A model generated the notes under the pieces. It ran no database searches. It was not told the DNA's origin and worked only from the letters and a program-made list of their open reading frames with translations. The position numbers and the translations under genes were made by a program. Below, in pieces: positions 9,515-17,815 of a stretch of 27,005 bases of DNA (positions within the stretch are counted from its first letter, which is position 1; each line of letters opens with the position of its first letter). Source of the stretch: Patescibacteria group bacterium. GTDB taxonomy: Bacteria > Patescibacteriota > Minisyncoccia > Phycocordibacterales > PALSA-1337. The DNA lies in contig SCTV01000075.1 in assembly GCA_004298345.1 (NCBI GenBank), positions 1 to 27,005 of the forward strand, written 5' to 3'.

Positions 9515-10483
9515 ATGAAAAAAATTTATATCACCAGAAAGATTTTGGATGCAGGCATAAAAATGTTGACCGACAAAGGTTACGAAGTAGATATTAATCC
9601 CAAAGACCGACCACTGACACACAAAGAGCTCGTTAAAGCACTTTCCAAAAAGCCATATGATGCGGTGCTCACTCTTTTGACTGACCAGGTGGATGCGCAA
9701 GTATTTGATGCGTGTCCGACAGCCAAGATTTTTGCCAACTATGCTATTGGTACAAATAATATAGATGTAAATGAAGCTAAAAAGCGAGGTGTGTATGTGA
9801 CGAACACTCCCGGAGGCGGAGCTGACCGAGTGGCCGAGCACGCGTGGGCGCTCATCCTCGCCCTGACTTGTCGAGTGGTAGAGAGTGATGAATATATGCG
9901 AAGGGGAAAATTTAATGGCTGGAATCCAATGATTTTTCATGGGATGAAGCTTGCTGGCAAGATGCTCGGGATTATTGGAACTGGGCGTATTGGTGCGGAC
10001 GTGGCTCATCGAGCGGTCAATGGTTTTGGTATGAAGCTCGTGTACTATGATGTAAAGAGAAATGAGGAGCTGGAGAAAAGTTTCGGGGCCGTTTTTTGTC
10101 CTGCCGTTGATGAGGTTTTGAAAAACGCTGATGTGGTTTCGATACATGTACCGCTCTTGCCGACGACGCAACATTTGATAAATGCAGAGCGACTGGCGAT
10201 GATGAAAAAGTCGGCATATCTGATAAATACTTCTCGCGGGCAGGTGGTAGATGAAAATGCATTGGTGTCGGCTCTCAAGAATGGTGTAATTGCCGGAGCT
10301 GGTCTCGATGTGTTTGAATTTGAGCCAAAGCTTGCAAAAGGCCTCGCAAAACTTTCGAATGTAGTAATGACTCCACATATCGCTTCGGGTACTCTCGAAG
10401 CCAGACTTGAAATGGCAACACTTTCGACCACAAATATCATTCAAGTGATGGAAGGGGGAGTGCCACAGAATAATGTAGTATAG
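9515..10483 (+). CDS. D-isomer-specific 2-hydroxyacid dehydrogenase (D-glycerate/glyoxylate reductase-like)
   Basis: Motifs NYAIGTNNID, VTNTPG, GIIGTGRIG, VSIHVPL, INTSRGQVVDE, LDVFEFEP and TPHIAS. Confidence 0.93.
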   Translation: MKKIYITRKILDAGIKMLTDKGYEVDINPKDRPLTHKELVKALSKKPYDAVLTLLTDQVDAQVFDACPTAKIFANYAIGTNNIDVNEAKKRGVYVTNTPGGGADRVAEHAWALILALTCRVVESDEYMRRGKFNGWNPMIFHGMKLAGKMLGIIGTGRIGADVAHRAVNGFGMKLVYYDVKRNEELEKSFGAVFCPAVDEVLKNADVVSIHVPLLPTTQHLINAERLAMMKKSAYLINTSRGQVVDENALVSALKNGVIAGAGLDVFEFEPKLAKGLAKLSNVVMTPHIASGTLEARLEMATLSTTNIIQVMEGGVPQNNVV

Positions 10484-10522
10484 ATTTGATTTTTTTTCGA
10501 AGGCAGTATATACTACATCCTC

Positions 10523-11212
10523 ATGATTACATTGAATATACACAAGCGAGATTTGAAGGAAGACCTTGATGCACTACGCACCAAAGGGATGGTTCCTGCG
10601 GTCTATTATGGTAAGAAAGAAAAGTCTACTCCGATCAAGGTGTCTTTTTCTGATTTTATTAAAGTCTGGCGAAAGGCGGGTGAGTCATCTGTGGTCACTC
10701 TTCAGGGCGAAGGCGTAGAGCTCGACTCTCTTATTCATGAAGTAGACGTTGATCCAGTCAAAGGTACTGCACGACACGCTGACTTTTATGTATTCGAAAA
10801 GGGTCAAAAGATTCAGGTAAACGTGCCACTCGACTTTGTCGGTGTTGCTCCAGCGGTCAAGGATCTCGGCGGAAACCTCGTAAAGGTGCTTCGAGAAGTA
10901 CGTATCGAAGCTTCTCCAAAAGATTTGCCACATACTATTTCTGTAGATATTTCTTCTCTCGTCACTTTTTCAAATACTATTCTCGCCAAAGATATCAAAA
11001 TGCCTGCTGGTGTTACGCTCGTAACTCACGCTGATGAAGTAGTGGCTTCGGTTTATGAACCAAAAGAAGAAGTGGTAGAAGAAGTACCAACAGCAGTAGA
11101 TATGTCTGCTATTGAAGTTGCAAAGAAAGGTAAGGAAGCTAAGGAAGGGGCTGAAGGTGCAGAGGCAAAAGCAGACGCTCCAGCCGCGGACGCAAAGGCT
11201 CCGAAGAAGTAA
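10523..11212 (+). CDS. rplY: 50S ribosomal protein L25, long (Ctc/TL5) form
   Basis: Motifs LRTKGMVPAVYYG, HADFY, VPLDFVGVAPAVKDLGG and LPHTISVDIS, plus an acidic/Ala-Lys tail. Confidence 0.95.
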   Translation: MITLNIHKRDLKEDLDALRTKGMVPAVYYGKKEKSTPIKVSFSDFIKVWRKAGESSVVTLQGEGVELDSLIHEVDVDPVKGTARHADFYVFEKGQKIQVNVPLDFVGVAPAVKDLGGNLVKVLREVRIEASPKDLPHTISVDISSLVTFSNTILAKDIKMPAGVTLVTHADEVVASVYEPKEEVVEEVPTAVDMSAIEVAKKGKEAKEGAEGAEAKADAPAADAKAPKK

Positions 11213-11249
11213 AGGGGTAGATTTAAAACGTCAGACATTAGATTTTAGA

Positions 11250-11289
11250 AAAGAAAAGCCCCGCCGAGAATACGGCGGGGCTTTTCTTT
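11250..11289. terminator. Intrinsic terminator after rplY (bidirectional form)
   Basis: AAAGAAAAGCCCCGCCG-AGAATA-CGGCGGGGCTTTTCTTT. Confidence 0.9.
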
Positions 11290-11321
11290 TGTCTCACCTC
11301 AAAAACTGCTATACTACCCAC

Positions 11322-12629
11322 ATGTACCTCATGTATAGTATTCGGGTTTTCCTGTTGCTATTTTGTCTAGTTTTCTCGCTGTCTGCGCAGGGCTTTGCTC
11401 AGACAGTGACTGGGGCAGATGTAGCCAATCGTCGTGCCGAGCTTCAAAAACAACTCGATAGTATTGAATCAGCTATCGCACTCCAAGAAACTATTCTCAG
11501 AGATCAGCAGAACAAGAGTGTGAGCCTTGAGCGAGATATAGCTATTTTGAATGCAAAAATTGCAAAGGCCAAGCTCAATATCCAAGCTCGAGACATTGCT
11601 ATCCAAAAGCTGACGAGCGACATTGGTACCAAAAAAGTAGTTATTTCAAAATTATCAGAAAAGATAGAGAGAGAAAAGGAGGCGGTCGCGGAGCTCATAC
11701 GCAAGACCGCACAGATAGATGACGCGTCTTTGTCGGAAGTGCTTTTGTCAAATCAGCCGATCTCAAAGTTTTTCGAAGACGCTGATGCGTTTGCTTCCAT
11801 AAATACTGCGCTCAAGCAGTCATTTGACGACCTCGAGATTACTAAGGCCGAGACCAGTGCTCAAAAGAGTGCACTTGAAGATAAACGAACCGAAGAAAAT
11901 CAGCTTCGCATGATTCAGATTCTCGAAAAGAAAAAAATAGAACAGGATGAAGCAGAGAAAAAGAAGATTTTGAGCACTTCTCGTGGTATTGAGAAAAATT
12001 ATCAAGCACTCCTCAAAGAAACTCAAAAGTCAGCAGCTACTATCCGAAGTGCTCTGTTTTCTCTACAAGGTTCGAGCGCAATTTCGTTTGAAAAAGCACT
12101 CGACTACGCCAACATTGCTTCGGCCAAGACTGGTGTGCGCCCGGCGCTTATTCTTGGAATTATTGCCGAAGAGAGTAATCTTGGACAGAATGTGGGAACA
12201 GGAAGCTGGAGAGTGGATATGAAGAATCCTCGCGACACGGTACCTTTTGTAGACATCACTAGTCGTCTTGGTCTCGATCCTGACAAAATGCCGGTATCAA
12301 AAAAACCGTGGTATGGGTGGGGAGGAGCGATGGGTCCAGCACAGTTTATTCCGTCAACCTGGATACTCTACGAAAAGAAAATCGCAACCGCGACAGGTCA
12401 TGCAATACCAAACCCTTGGGACCCGTACGACGCATTTATGGCCTCAGCGATTTTGATGAAAGAAAATGGGGCGGCGGTGGGTACTCGAGCGGCCGAACGT
12501 CTCGCTGCTCTCCGCTACCTTGCTGGGTGGACCAACGCCAATAAGCGCGAGTATGCTTTTTACGGTGATGATGTGATAGATTTGGCGGATAAATATCAAA
12601 AGCAGATTGATATTTTGAAGGGAAATTAA
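11322..12629 (+). CDS. Secreted coiled-coil protein with C-terminal lytic murein transglycosylase (SLT/MltB-like) domain
   Basis: Signal peptide, then a ~250-aa heptad coiled coil, then IIAEESNLG (catalytic Glu context), GAMGPAQFIPSTW and NPWDPYDAFMASA. Start at ATG 11322, 6 nt after TGCTATACT; the track's start at 11112 overlaps rplY and its terminator. Confidence 0.85.
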   Translation: MYLMYSIRVFLLLFCLVFSLSAQGFAQTVTGADVANRRAELQKQLDSIESAIALQETILRDQQNKSVSLERDIAILNAKIAKAKLNIQARDIAIQKLTSDIGTKKVVISKLSEKIEREKEAVAELIRKTAQIDDASLSEVLLSNQPISKFFEDADAFASINTALKQSFDDLEITKAETSAQKSALEDKRTEENQLRMIQILEKKKIEQDEAEKKKILSTSRGIEKNYQALLKETQKSAATIRSALFSLQGSSAISFEKALDYANIASAKTGVRPALILGIIAEESNLGQNVGTGSWRVDMKNPRDTVPFVDITSRLGLDPDKMPVSKKPWYGWGGAMGPAQFIPSTWILYEKKIATATGHAIPNPWDPYDAFMASAILMKENGAAVGTRAAERLAALRYLAGWTNANKREYAFYGDDVIDLADKYQKQIDILKGN

Positions 12630-12644
12630 GCCATGTTATAAGCC

Positions 12645-12681
12645 ATTCCAACGGCTCATTACGTTAATGAGCCGTTGGAAT
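12645..12681. repeat. GGCTCATTA-N3-TAATGAGCC palindromic repeat, copy 2
   Basis: Perfect 17-bp stem ATTCCAACGGCTCATTA-CGT-TAATGAGCCGTTGGAAT. Confidence 0.9.
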
Positions 12682-12717
12682 CTTGTGTTTTTTGTAGTAT
12701 CTGCTATACTTGCCCTT

Positions 12718-12948
12718 ATGAAAAAAGAGATACATCCAGCATATTTCCCAAAGGCAACCACTACTTGTGCATGTGGTCACGTGTTTACCTTTGGCTCAAC
12801 TCGAGAAAGTATTAACGTTGAAATCTGCAGTGTATGTCACCCATTCTATACTGGTAACGAAAAGTCTCTCGACACGGCTGGACGAGTAGAACGATTCAAG
12901 ACCCGAGCTGCTTCAAAGGCTCCAAAAAAGGCGACCAAGTCTAAATAG
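12718..12948 (+). CDS. rpmE: 50S ribosomal protein L31 (zinc-binding C+ type)
   Basis: MKKEIHPAY...CACG...[12 protein letters not shown]...DTAGRVERF. Start at ATG 12718, 7 nt after TGCTATACT. Confidence 0.95.
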   Translation: MKKEIHPAYFPKATTTCACGHVFTFGSTRESINVEICSVCHPFYTGNEKSLDTAGRVERFKTRAASKAPKKATKSK

Positions 12949-12956
12949 CGACAGGA

Positions 12957-12990
12957 CAGAAACCCGAACCGTTTACGGTTCGGGTTTCTG
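12957..12990 (+). terminator. Hairpin after rpmE (terminator-like)
   Basis: CAGAAACCCGAACCGT-TT-ACGGTTCGGGTTTCTG; the T-tract is short. Confidence 0.65.
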
Positions 12991-13022
12991 TGCATCTTGT
13001 ACTGTTCTTAAATCTATTTTCC

Positions 13023-13979
13023 ATGAAGGACCTCACTCAATATAAAGAAAATCATAAAACCAGCTATCTGGTGGAAATGTATGAAAAACTCGAAAAGGAG
13101 CAGGCAGAGCTACGAGCTATGATGGCCCACGACCCGAGCCTTTTAAGTATGGCTGAAACAGATATCAAATCTCTCGAAGAACAAAAGCAAGGACTTTTAA
13201 AACAAATGGAGGAGATTGTGGCATCTGAAGAAGCGATCGTGAGTGAACTGCCAAACGAAATCATTCTTGAAGTGCGTGCCGGTGCCGGAGGCGATGAAGC
13301 GGCACTTTTTGCCGAAGAACTCGCGACCATGTACCGTCGATATGCTGAAAATCGTGGCTGGTCTTTCAAGGTTGTGGAAGAGTCTATGGGCTCGGCTGGG
13401 GGGTACAAGGAGGCCTCTTTTGAAATCAGAGGACAGGACGTATACAAGCTTCTTCGCTATGAGACCGGTGTGCATCGGGTACAAAGAATTCCTGCAACAG
13501 AAAAGATGGGGCGAGTGCATACTTCCACCGCGTCTGTGGCTATTTTGCCTATCAGGAAAAAGTCGGTGATAGAAATAAAGCCCGCGGATATTGAAGTAGA
13601 ATTTTCTCGTTCGGGTGGAGCAGGAGGACAAAATGTAAACAAAGTGGAAACAGCAGTACGTATCGTACACAAAGCTACGGGGATTGATGTTCGCTCGACT
13701 TCTCAGCGCAGTCAGCTTAAAAACCGCGAAATGGCGATGAGCATTCTCATTGCCAAGCTCGAGCTTTTGAAGGAAGAAGAAGAAGCAAAGAAATTTAGTG
13801 CCGACAGAAAAGACCAAATAGGCACGGCTGACCGTTCAGAAAAGATCCGTACTTACAACATTCTGCAAGACCGAATCACTGATCATCGGATAAAGGAATC
13901 GTGGCATAATATCGAGAAAATCTTTGCGGGAGGCCTTGATCCTATCATCCTAGCCATGGATTTGCATTCTAAGCAGTAA
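13023..13979 (+). CDS. prfA: Peptide chain release factor 1, N-terminally shortened (318 aa)
   Basis: Motifs [28 protein letters not shown] (RF1 PxT), [23 protein letters not shown] and [10 protein letters not shown]. It follows rpmE. Confidence 0.92.
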   Translation: MKDLTQYKENHKTSYLVEMYEKLEKEQAELRAMMAHDPSLLSMAETDIKSLEEQKQGLLKQMEEIVASEEAIVSELPNEIILEVRAGAGGDEAALFAEELATMYRRYAENRGWSFKVVEESMGSAGGYKEASFEIRGQDVYKLLRYETGVHRVQRIPATEKMGRVHTSTASVAILPIRKKSVIEIKPADIEVEFSRSGGAGGQNVNKVETAVRIVHKATGIDVRSTSQRSQLKNREMAMSILIAKLELLKEEEEAKKFSADRKDQIGTADRSEKIRTYNILQDRITDHRIKESWHNIEKIFAGGLDPIILAMDLHSKQ

Positions 13980-13998
13980 TCTGGTAGACTTCTCACGT

Positions 13999-14724
13999 AT
14001 GATAGAACAAACCAAAGACATCGTGCGGACCCCACTTATCGACAGCATGTTCAAGGCTGGCGCTCATTTTGCGTATTCAAAGAGCCGACGACATCCTTCT
14101 ACCAAAGCATTTATTTTTGGTGCTAAAAATAAAGTAGAAATCTTTGACCTAGAAAAAACACAGACTCTGCTCGCAAAAGCACTTGAAGCGGTGGCATCAC
14201 TTTCTCAATTTAACAAACAAATTCTTTTTGTGGGAGGTAAAAGTGAGGCAAAAGATGCAATCAAGGCTGCCGGCATCACTCTCGGCATGCCATATGTTGC
14301 CGGACGATGGATCGGTGGTACCCTTACCAACTTCGACGAGATCAAAAAGCGAGTTGCAAAGCTCGAACAGCTCACTGGTGAGCGAGAACGAGGCGAGCTT
14401 ATTAAATATACAAAGAAAGAGCGACTTCTTATTGACCGAGAAATTGAAAATCTTGAGATTATGTTTTCAGGTATTGTACCAATGCGAGAAATGCCAAAAG
14501 CAATGTTTGTGATTGATCCAAAACGAGAGAAAATTGCAGTGCAAGAAGCAGTAGACAAAGGTATTCCAGTGATCGCCCTTCTCGGATCAGACTGTGATTT
14601 GAAAGAAGTTACTTTCCCTATTGTCGGTAATGATTCATCTCTTTCAAGTATCAAGTTTTTTGTTGATGAGGTGGTCAAGGCATACAAGACAGCAAAAAAG
14701 GCTCCAGTTGCTACTGCAAAATAA
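13999..14724 (+). CDS. rpsB: 30S ribosomal protein S2
   Basis: Motifs MFKAGAHF, IFDLEKT, ILFVGGK, RWIGGTLTNF, IAVQEA...GIPVIALLGSDCD. Confidence 0.96.
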   Translation: MIEQTKDIVRTPLIDSMFKAGAHFAYSKSRRHPSTKAFIFGAKNKVEIFDLEKTQTLLAKALEAVASLSQFNKQILFVGGKSEAKDAIKAAGITLGMPYVAGRWIGGTLTNFDEIKKRVAKLEQLTGERERGELIKYTKKERLLIDREIENLEIMFSGIVPMREMPKAMFVIDPKREKIAVQEAVDKGIPVIALLGSDCDLKEVTFPIVGNDSSLSSIKFFVDEVVKAYKTAKKAPVATAK

Positions 14725-14769
14725 GTTTTTTCGGTCCGTTTTATTAACGTTAAACAAGCTCTCTCCATC

Positions 14770-15228
14770 ATGATTACCACAGAACAAATCAAGGAATTAC
14801 GAGATAAGACCGGAATCTCAGTGATGCAGTGCAAAAAGGCTCTTGAAGAGTCTGGAGGTGATATGGCAAAGGCTCTCGAAGTACTCAAGAAAAAGAGTCA
14901 GGAAATGGCGGCAAAAAAGGCGGACCGTGCTTTTGGTGCGGGTACCATTGCTTCATACGTACACTCAAGTGCGACCATGGGTACGATGGTAGAGCTTGTA
15001 GCTGAGACTGATTTTGTGTCAGGTAATGATGAGTTCAAGGCACTCGCTCGAGAGATTGCAATGCATATCACCGCTTCAAACCCGGAATCTCCGGAAGCAC
15101 TCCTTGACCAGCCATTTATAAAAAACCCTGAGATGACTATTCGCGCGATGATCGATGGCGCGATGCAGAAATTTGGTGAGAAAATCGAGGTCGCGCGCTT
15201 TGTTCGATTTGCGGTGCTTGAAAAATAG
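14770..15228 (+). CDS. tsf: Elongation factor Ts, short form (152 aa)
   Basis: Motifs IKELRDKTGISVMQCKKALEESGGDM, ELVAETDFVS, EIAMHITA, LLDQPFIKNP and GEKIEVARFVRF. It follows rpsB. Confidence 0.95.
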   Translation: MITTEQIKELRDKTGISVMQCKKALEESGGDMAKALEVLKKKSQEMAAKKADRAFGAGTIASYVHSSATMGTMVELVAETDFVSGNDEFKALAREIAMHITASNPESPEALLDQPFIKNPEMTIRAMIDGAMQKFGEKIEVARFVRFAVLEK

Positions 15229-15231
15229 CCT

Positions 15232-15615
15232 ATGAATTTTGAAATGATTGTTTTTTGGGTTGCACTCGTGGCTATTGCACTGATCGTGTGGTCTAAGCGA
15301 GTGGAGCTTCGTACGGGGAAGGCATCATTTTTGAGTAAATATGGCACAAAAACAAACGATACGCTTCGATATTGGTATCGAGGCACGAGAAACTTTTTCT
15401 CAGCAAAGACATGGGCGTTGATCACCGCTTGGTGCCGGACACATTTGGCTCGAACGGTGTCAAAGACGGAGAAAACTATTGCCGGCTCATATTCAGCAAT
15501 AAAAAAGCATCCACGTGTGGCAAAAATACTTCGTGGCCACACTGAGGTAAAGAGCGGAGAAGGTGAAGCGTCTCCTTTCTTGAAAAATATCAGCGAAGAT
15601 GATAGTGTGAAGTAA
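15232..15615 (+). CDS. Hypothetical membrane-anchored basic protein (127 aa)
   Basis: It starts 3 nt after tsf, has an N-terminal TM and a basic cytoplasmic portion. Confidence 0.7.
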   Translation: MNFEMIVFWVALVAIALIVWSKRVELRTGKASFLSKYGTKTNDTLRYWYRGTRNFFSAKTWALITAWCRTHLARTVSKTEKTIAGSYSAIKKHPRVAKILRGHTEVKSGEGEASPFLKNISEDDSVK

Positions 15616-15683
15616 TCGAGGAAAGTACTATCCTCTTTTTGTTTGGTTGTTAATTTTGTACTTTAAATTTCGGATTTAATATT

Positions 15684-15756
15684 GCCACCTTAGCTCAGTT
15701 GGTAGAGCACCCGTTTTGTAAACGGGATCGCGTCAGTTCGACTCTGACAGGTGGCT
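15684..15756 (+). tRNA. tRNA-Thr (anticodon TGT), CCA not encoded
   Basis: Acceptor GCCACCT/AGGTGGC; D arm GCTC-AGTTGGTA-GAGC; anticodon arm CCCGT-TTTGTAA-ACGGG; T arm GTCAG-TTCGACT-CTGAC; discriminator T. Confidence 0.96.
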
Positions 15757-15876
15757 CTGAAATGAAATGGAAGAGACGCCTGTTGGAAGGGGGTCGGGGA
15801 AAATGGCGTTTCCCCGTGGAGGAAGGCAGTGAGTACTCGAGCGTGGGAAAACCGTGGGTTTCCCAGGTGACAGGAC

Positions 15877-15931
15877 GGCTCAGGAATTAAAAAAATCGCC
15901 CAGCAACGGGCGTTTTTTTAATTCCTGAGCC
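15877..15931. terminator. Long hairpin containing a bidirectional terminator downstream of the tRNA
   Basis: GGCTCAGGAATTAAAAAAA-T-CGCCC-AGCAAC-GGGCG-TTTTTTTAATTCCTGAGCC: 19 bp plus 5 bp with one bulge. Confidence 0.8.
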
Positions 15932-16069
15932 ACCTGAACAAGCCAAGCAGTTGGCTTGTTCAGAGTCGAACAGCGGAGTCATGTTTTTCTACCAAGAAAA
16001 ACGGGCGAGCTAGTGCCCAGACCAAGGTGAGCGACGGCGAACCGAGAGTCGCGGGAGACTCTGACAGGT
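15927..16069. repeat. Structured element bounded by inverted and direct copies of the tRNA-Thr 3' end
   Basis: 15927-15936 plus 15960-15971 is the reverse complement of tRNA 15736-15757, split by a hairpin. 16057-16069 is a direct copy of 15740-15752. Confidence 0.8.
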
Positions 16070-16135
16070 TGTTTGCTATGAATATTGTGACTTTTCTTGT
16101 ATAATTTGGCCATATAAGCCATACACACCATAAAC

Positions 16136-16447
16136 ATGAACCCAATTTTAAAAACAGCTTTTATCCACGCCATAGCCACGGCACTCTATGTGGCGCTTCT
16201 TGTCTCAGGTATTTTTTATGCGCCAAAGACGCCGGATCAATCGTTTACGATATTGATGCCGATTATTATGCTCCTATTGTTTGTTTTTTCTGCGGCCGTC
16301 ACGAGCTATTTGGTGTTTGGCCGTCCATTACTTTGGTATTTAGACGGTAGAAAGGCAGAAGCATTGCAATTGCTTGCTTATACGCTTCTCGTGCTGTTTG
16401 TCATTATTGTCCTCGCCGTCCTTAGTCTTTCTATTATGGTATTGTAG
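16136..16447 (+). CDS. Hypothetical membrane protein (3 TM, 103 aa)
   Basis: Three hydrophobic segments, with TATAAT at 16100-16105 upstream. Confidence 0.8.
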   Translation: MNPILKTAFIHAIATALYVALLVSGIFYAPKTPDQSFTILMPIIMLLLFVFSAAVTSYLVFGRPLLWYLDGRKAEALQLLAYTLLVLFVIIVLAVLSLSIMVL

Positions 16448-16458
16448 TAGTATCTTCT

Positions 16459-16785
16459 ATGCACTGGATTCTCGCTATATCACTCCTCATACTGTTTGAA
16501 ATTTTTGCTGATATTTTTGCAAAGGAATACTCACTGAAACAGACTGCTCTCTTTTGGGTCCTTGCACTCGGTTCATATATGGTCGCCAATGCTTTCTGGC
16601 TTGTGGCTATCAAAAACGGCTCACAACTTGCTCGTGGAGCAGTAATTTTCTCTGTCGGTTCAGCGATTGCTGTAACTATTATTGGTCTCGTAATGTATGG
16701 TGAGGAGGTAAATAAAATCGAAATAATAGGTATGGTCATTGGTATCATTGCCATTGGCCTCATCTCGTGGGGCTCGGAGATGTAG
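16459..16785 (+). CDS. SMR/DMT-family small multidrug-type transporter
   Basis: 108 aa with 4 TM segments and a membrane-embedded Glu exactly at position 14 (LFEIFAD). It also has the GLVMYGE and GMVIGIIAIGLI patterns. Confidence 0.8.
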   Translation: MHWILAISLLILFEIFADIFAKEYSLKQTALFWVLALGSYMVANAFWLVAIKNGSQLARGAVIFSVGSAIAVTIIGLVMYGEEVNKIEIIGMVIGIIAIGLISWGSEM

Positions 16786-16808
16786 TGAAATTATAAATTA
16801 TAAAAAAC

Positions 16809-17039
16809 ATGTCTCAATCTATACAACCAGGTATTTATCAACACGCAAAGAGCGGTAATCAGTACCGAGTACATTTTGTGGCCAAGCATTCAGAAACACT
16901 AGAAGATATGGTGTTCTACGAAGCGCTGTATGAAAACGACAAGTCAAAATTCTGGGTCCGTCCGGCTAAAATGTTTACCGAAGAAGTGGTGATTGACGGG
17001 GTCAAAAAGCCGAGATTCGAGTTTGTGAAAAAACTTTAG
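16809..17039 (+). CDS. DUF1653-family protein
   Basis: GIYQHAKSGNQYRV...HSETLEDMVFYEALYEN...WVRPAKMF. Confidence 0.88.
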   Translation: MSQSIQPGIYQHAKSGNQYRVHFVAKHSETLEDMVFYEALYENDKSKFWVRPAKMFTEEVVIDGVKKPRFEFVKKL

Positions 17040-17072
17040 TGCACAAGACTATTTTTTGGTATACTTTACGCT

Positions 17073-17480
17073 ATGACTGATTTACCGGTGCCTCCCAAAG
17101 AATCTATTATCTATGAAGATGAGAGGTTATATGTTTGTCTTGCTTTGTACCCCATGACTAACGGTCACACCATTGTTGTGTGGAAAGATGTTGTAAAAGA
17201 TATTAAGAGTCTTTCGTGCGAGGAGTATGACTACTTAATGAATATTGTTGACGTGACCAGGGATACACTACTAGAGGTTTTGGGGGTTCAAAAAGTTTAC
17301 ATGGTTTATATAGATGAGGTGAAGCATGTCCACTGGCATTTGGTGCCTAGATATGATGAAAAAGGTTTTAATATTTTTTCTCACAATCCTCACAAGACTG
17401 ACGATTTTTCTTTGCAGAATAAAATGAAAGATATGTTTAAAATGGTGATTAAAAAACATTCTGAATTTAATGAAAATTAA
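17073..17480 (+). CDS. HIT-family nucleotide hydrolase
   Basis: IIYEDE...YPMTNGHTIVV, and the histidine triad VKHVHWHLVPRY. Confidence 0.88.
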   Translation: MTDLPVPPKESIIYEDERLYVCLALYPMTNGHTIVVWKDVVKDIKSLSCEEYDYLMNIVDVTRDTLLEVLGVQKVYMVYIDEVKHVHWHLVPRYDEKGFNIFSHNPHKTDDFSLQNKMKDMFKMVIKKHSEFNEN

Positions 17481-17796
17481 ACTCTACAAACTAGTAACTT
17501 TTGTACCGACTACTCACGCCGACATGGTTAGGGAGGCAATGGGGAAAGCTGGTGCAGGCGTAATTGGTGAGTATACGTTCTGTACTTTTTCTACACGTGG
17601 AGTAGGTCGCTTTAAAGGATCAGAAAAGAGTAATCCCTCTGTAGGAAAAGCTGGACAGCTCGAGTCTGTAGAAGAGGAACGAATTGAGACAAATTGTCCG
17701 GAAGACAAAATTGATCAAGTAATTTCAGCAATTAAATCTGTGCACCCATATGAAGAAATTCCGATTGACTTGTATCCGATAGAAAATAGATATTAG
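17470..17796 (+). CDS. Stand-alone PII-like domain of the YqfO/Nif3 family
   Basis: YKLVTFVP...VREAMGKAGAGVIGEYTFCTF...GRFKG...NPSVG...EEERIE...HPYEE. Confidence 0.85.
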   Translation: MKIKLYKLVTFVPTTHADMVREAMGKAGAGVIGEYTFCTFSTRGVGRFKGSEKSNPSVGKAGQLESVEEERIETNCPEDKIDQVISAIKSVHPYEEIPIDLYPIENRY

Positions 17797-17815
17797 AAGA
17801 TAGCAATAATAATTT

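Noticed and set aside
9476-10543. 355-aa antisense ORF
   Set aside because: It is the shadow of the 2-hydroxyacid dehydrogenase on the opposite strand, with no motifs.
11112-11321. N-terminal extension of the transglycosylase ORF (and similar extensions at 6087, 4342, 12667, 12990, 19473 and 23156)
   Set aside because: The extensions overlap upstream genes, terminators or promoters. The downstream ATGs give proper signal peptides or family N-termini.
14205-15542. 227-aa and 214-aa minus-strand ORFs
   Set aside because: They are antisense to rpsB, tsf and the downstream gene, with no recognisable domains.
15699-16179. Short ORFs (63, 61 and 66 aa) over the tRNA and downstream structured elements
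   Set aside because: They overlap a complete tRNA cloverleaf and hairpin elements, with no coding features.
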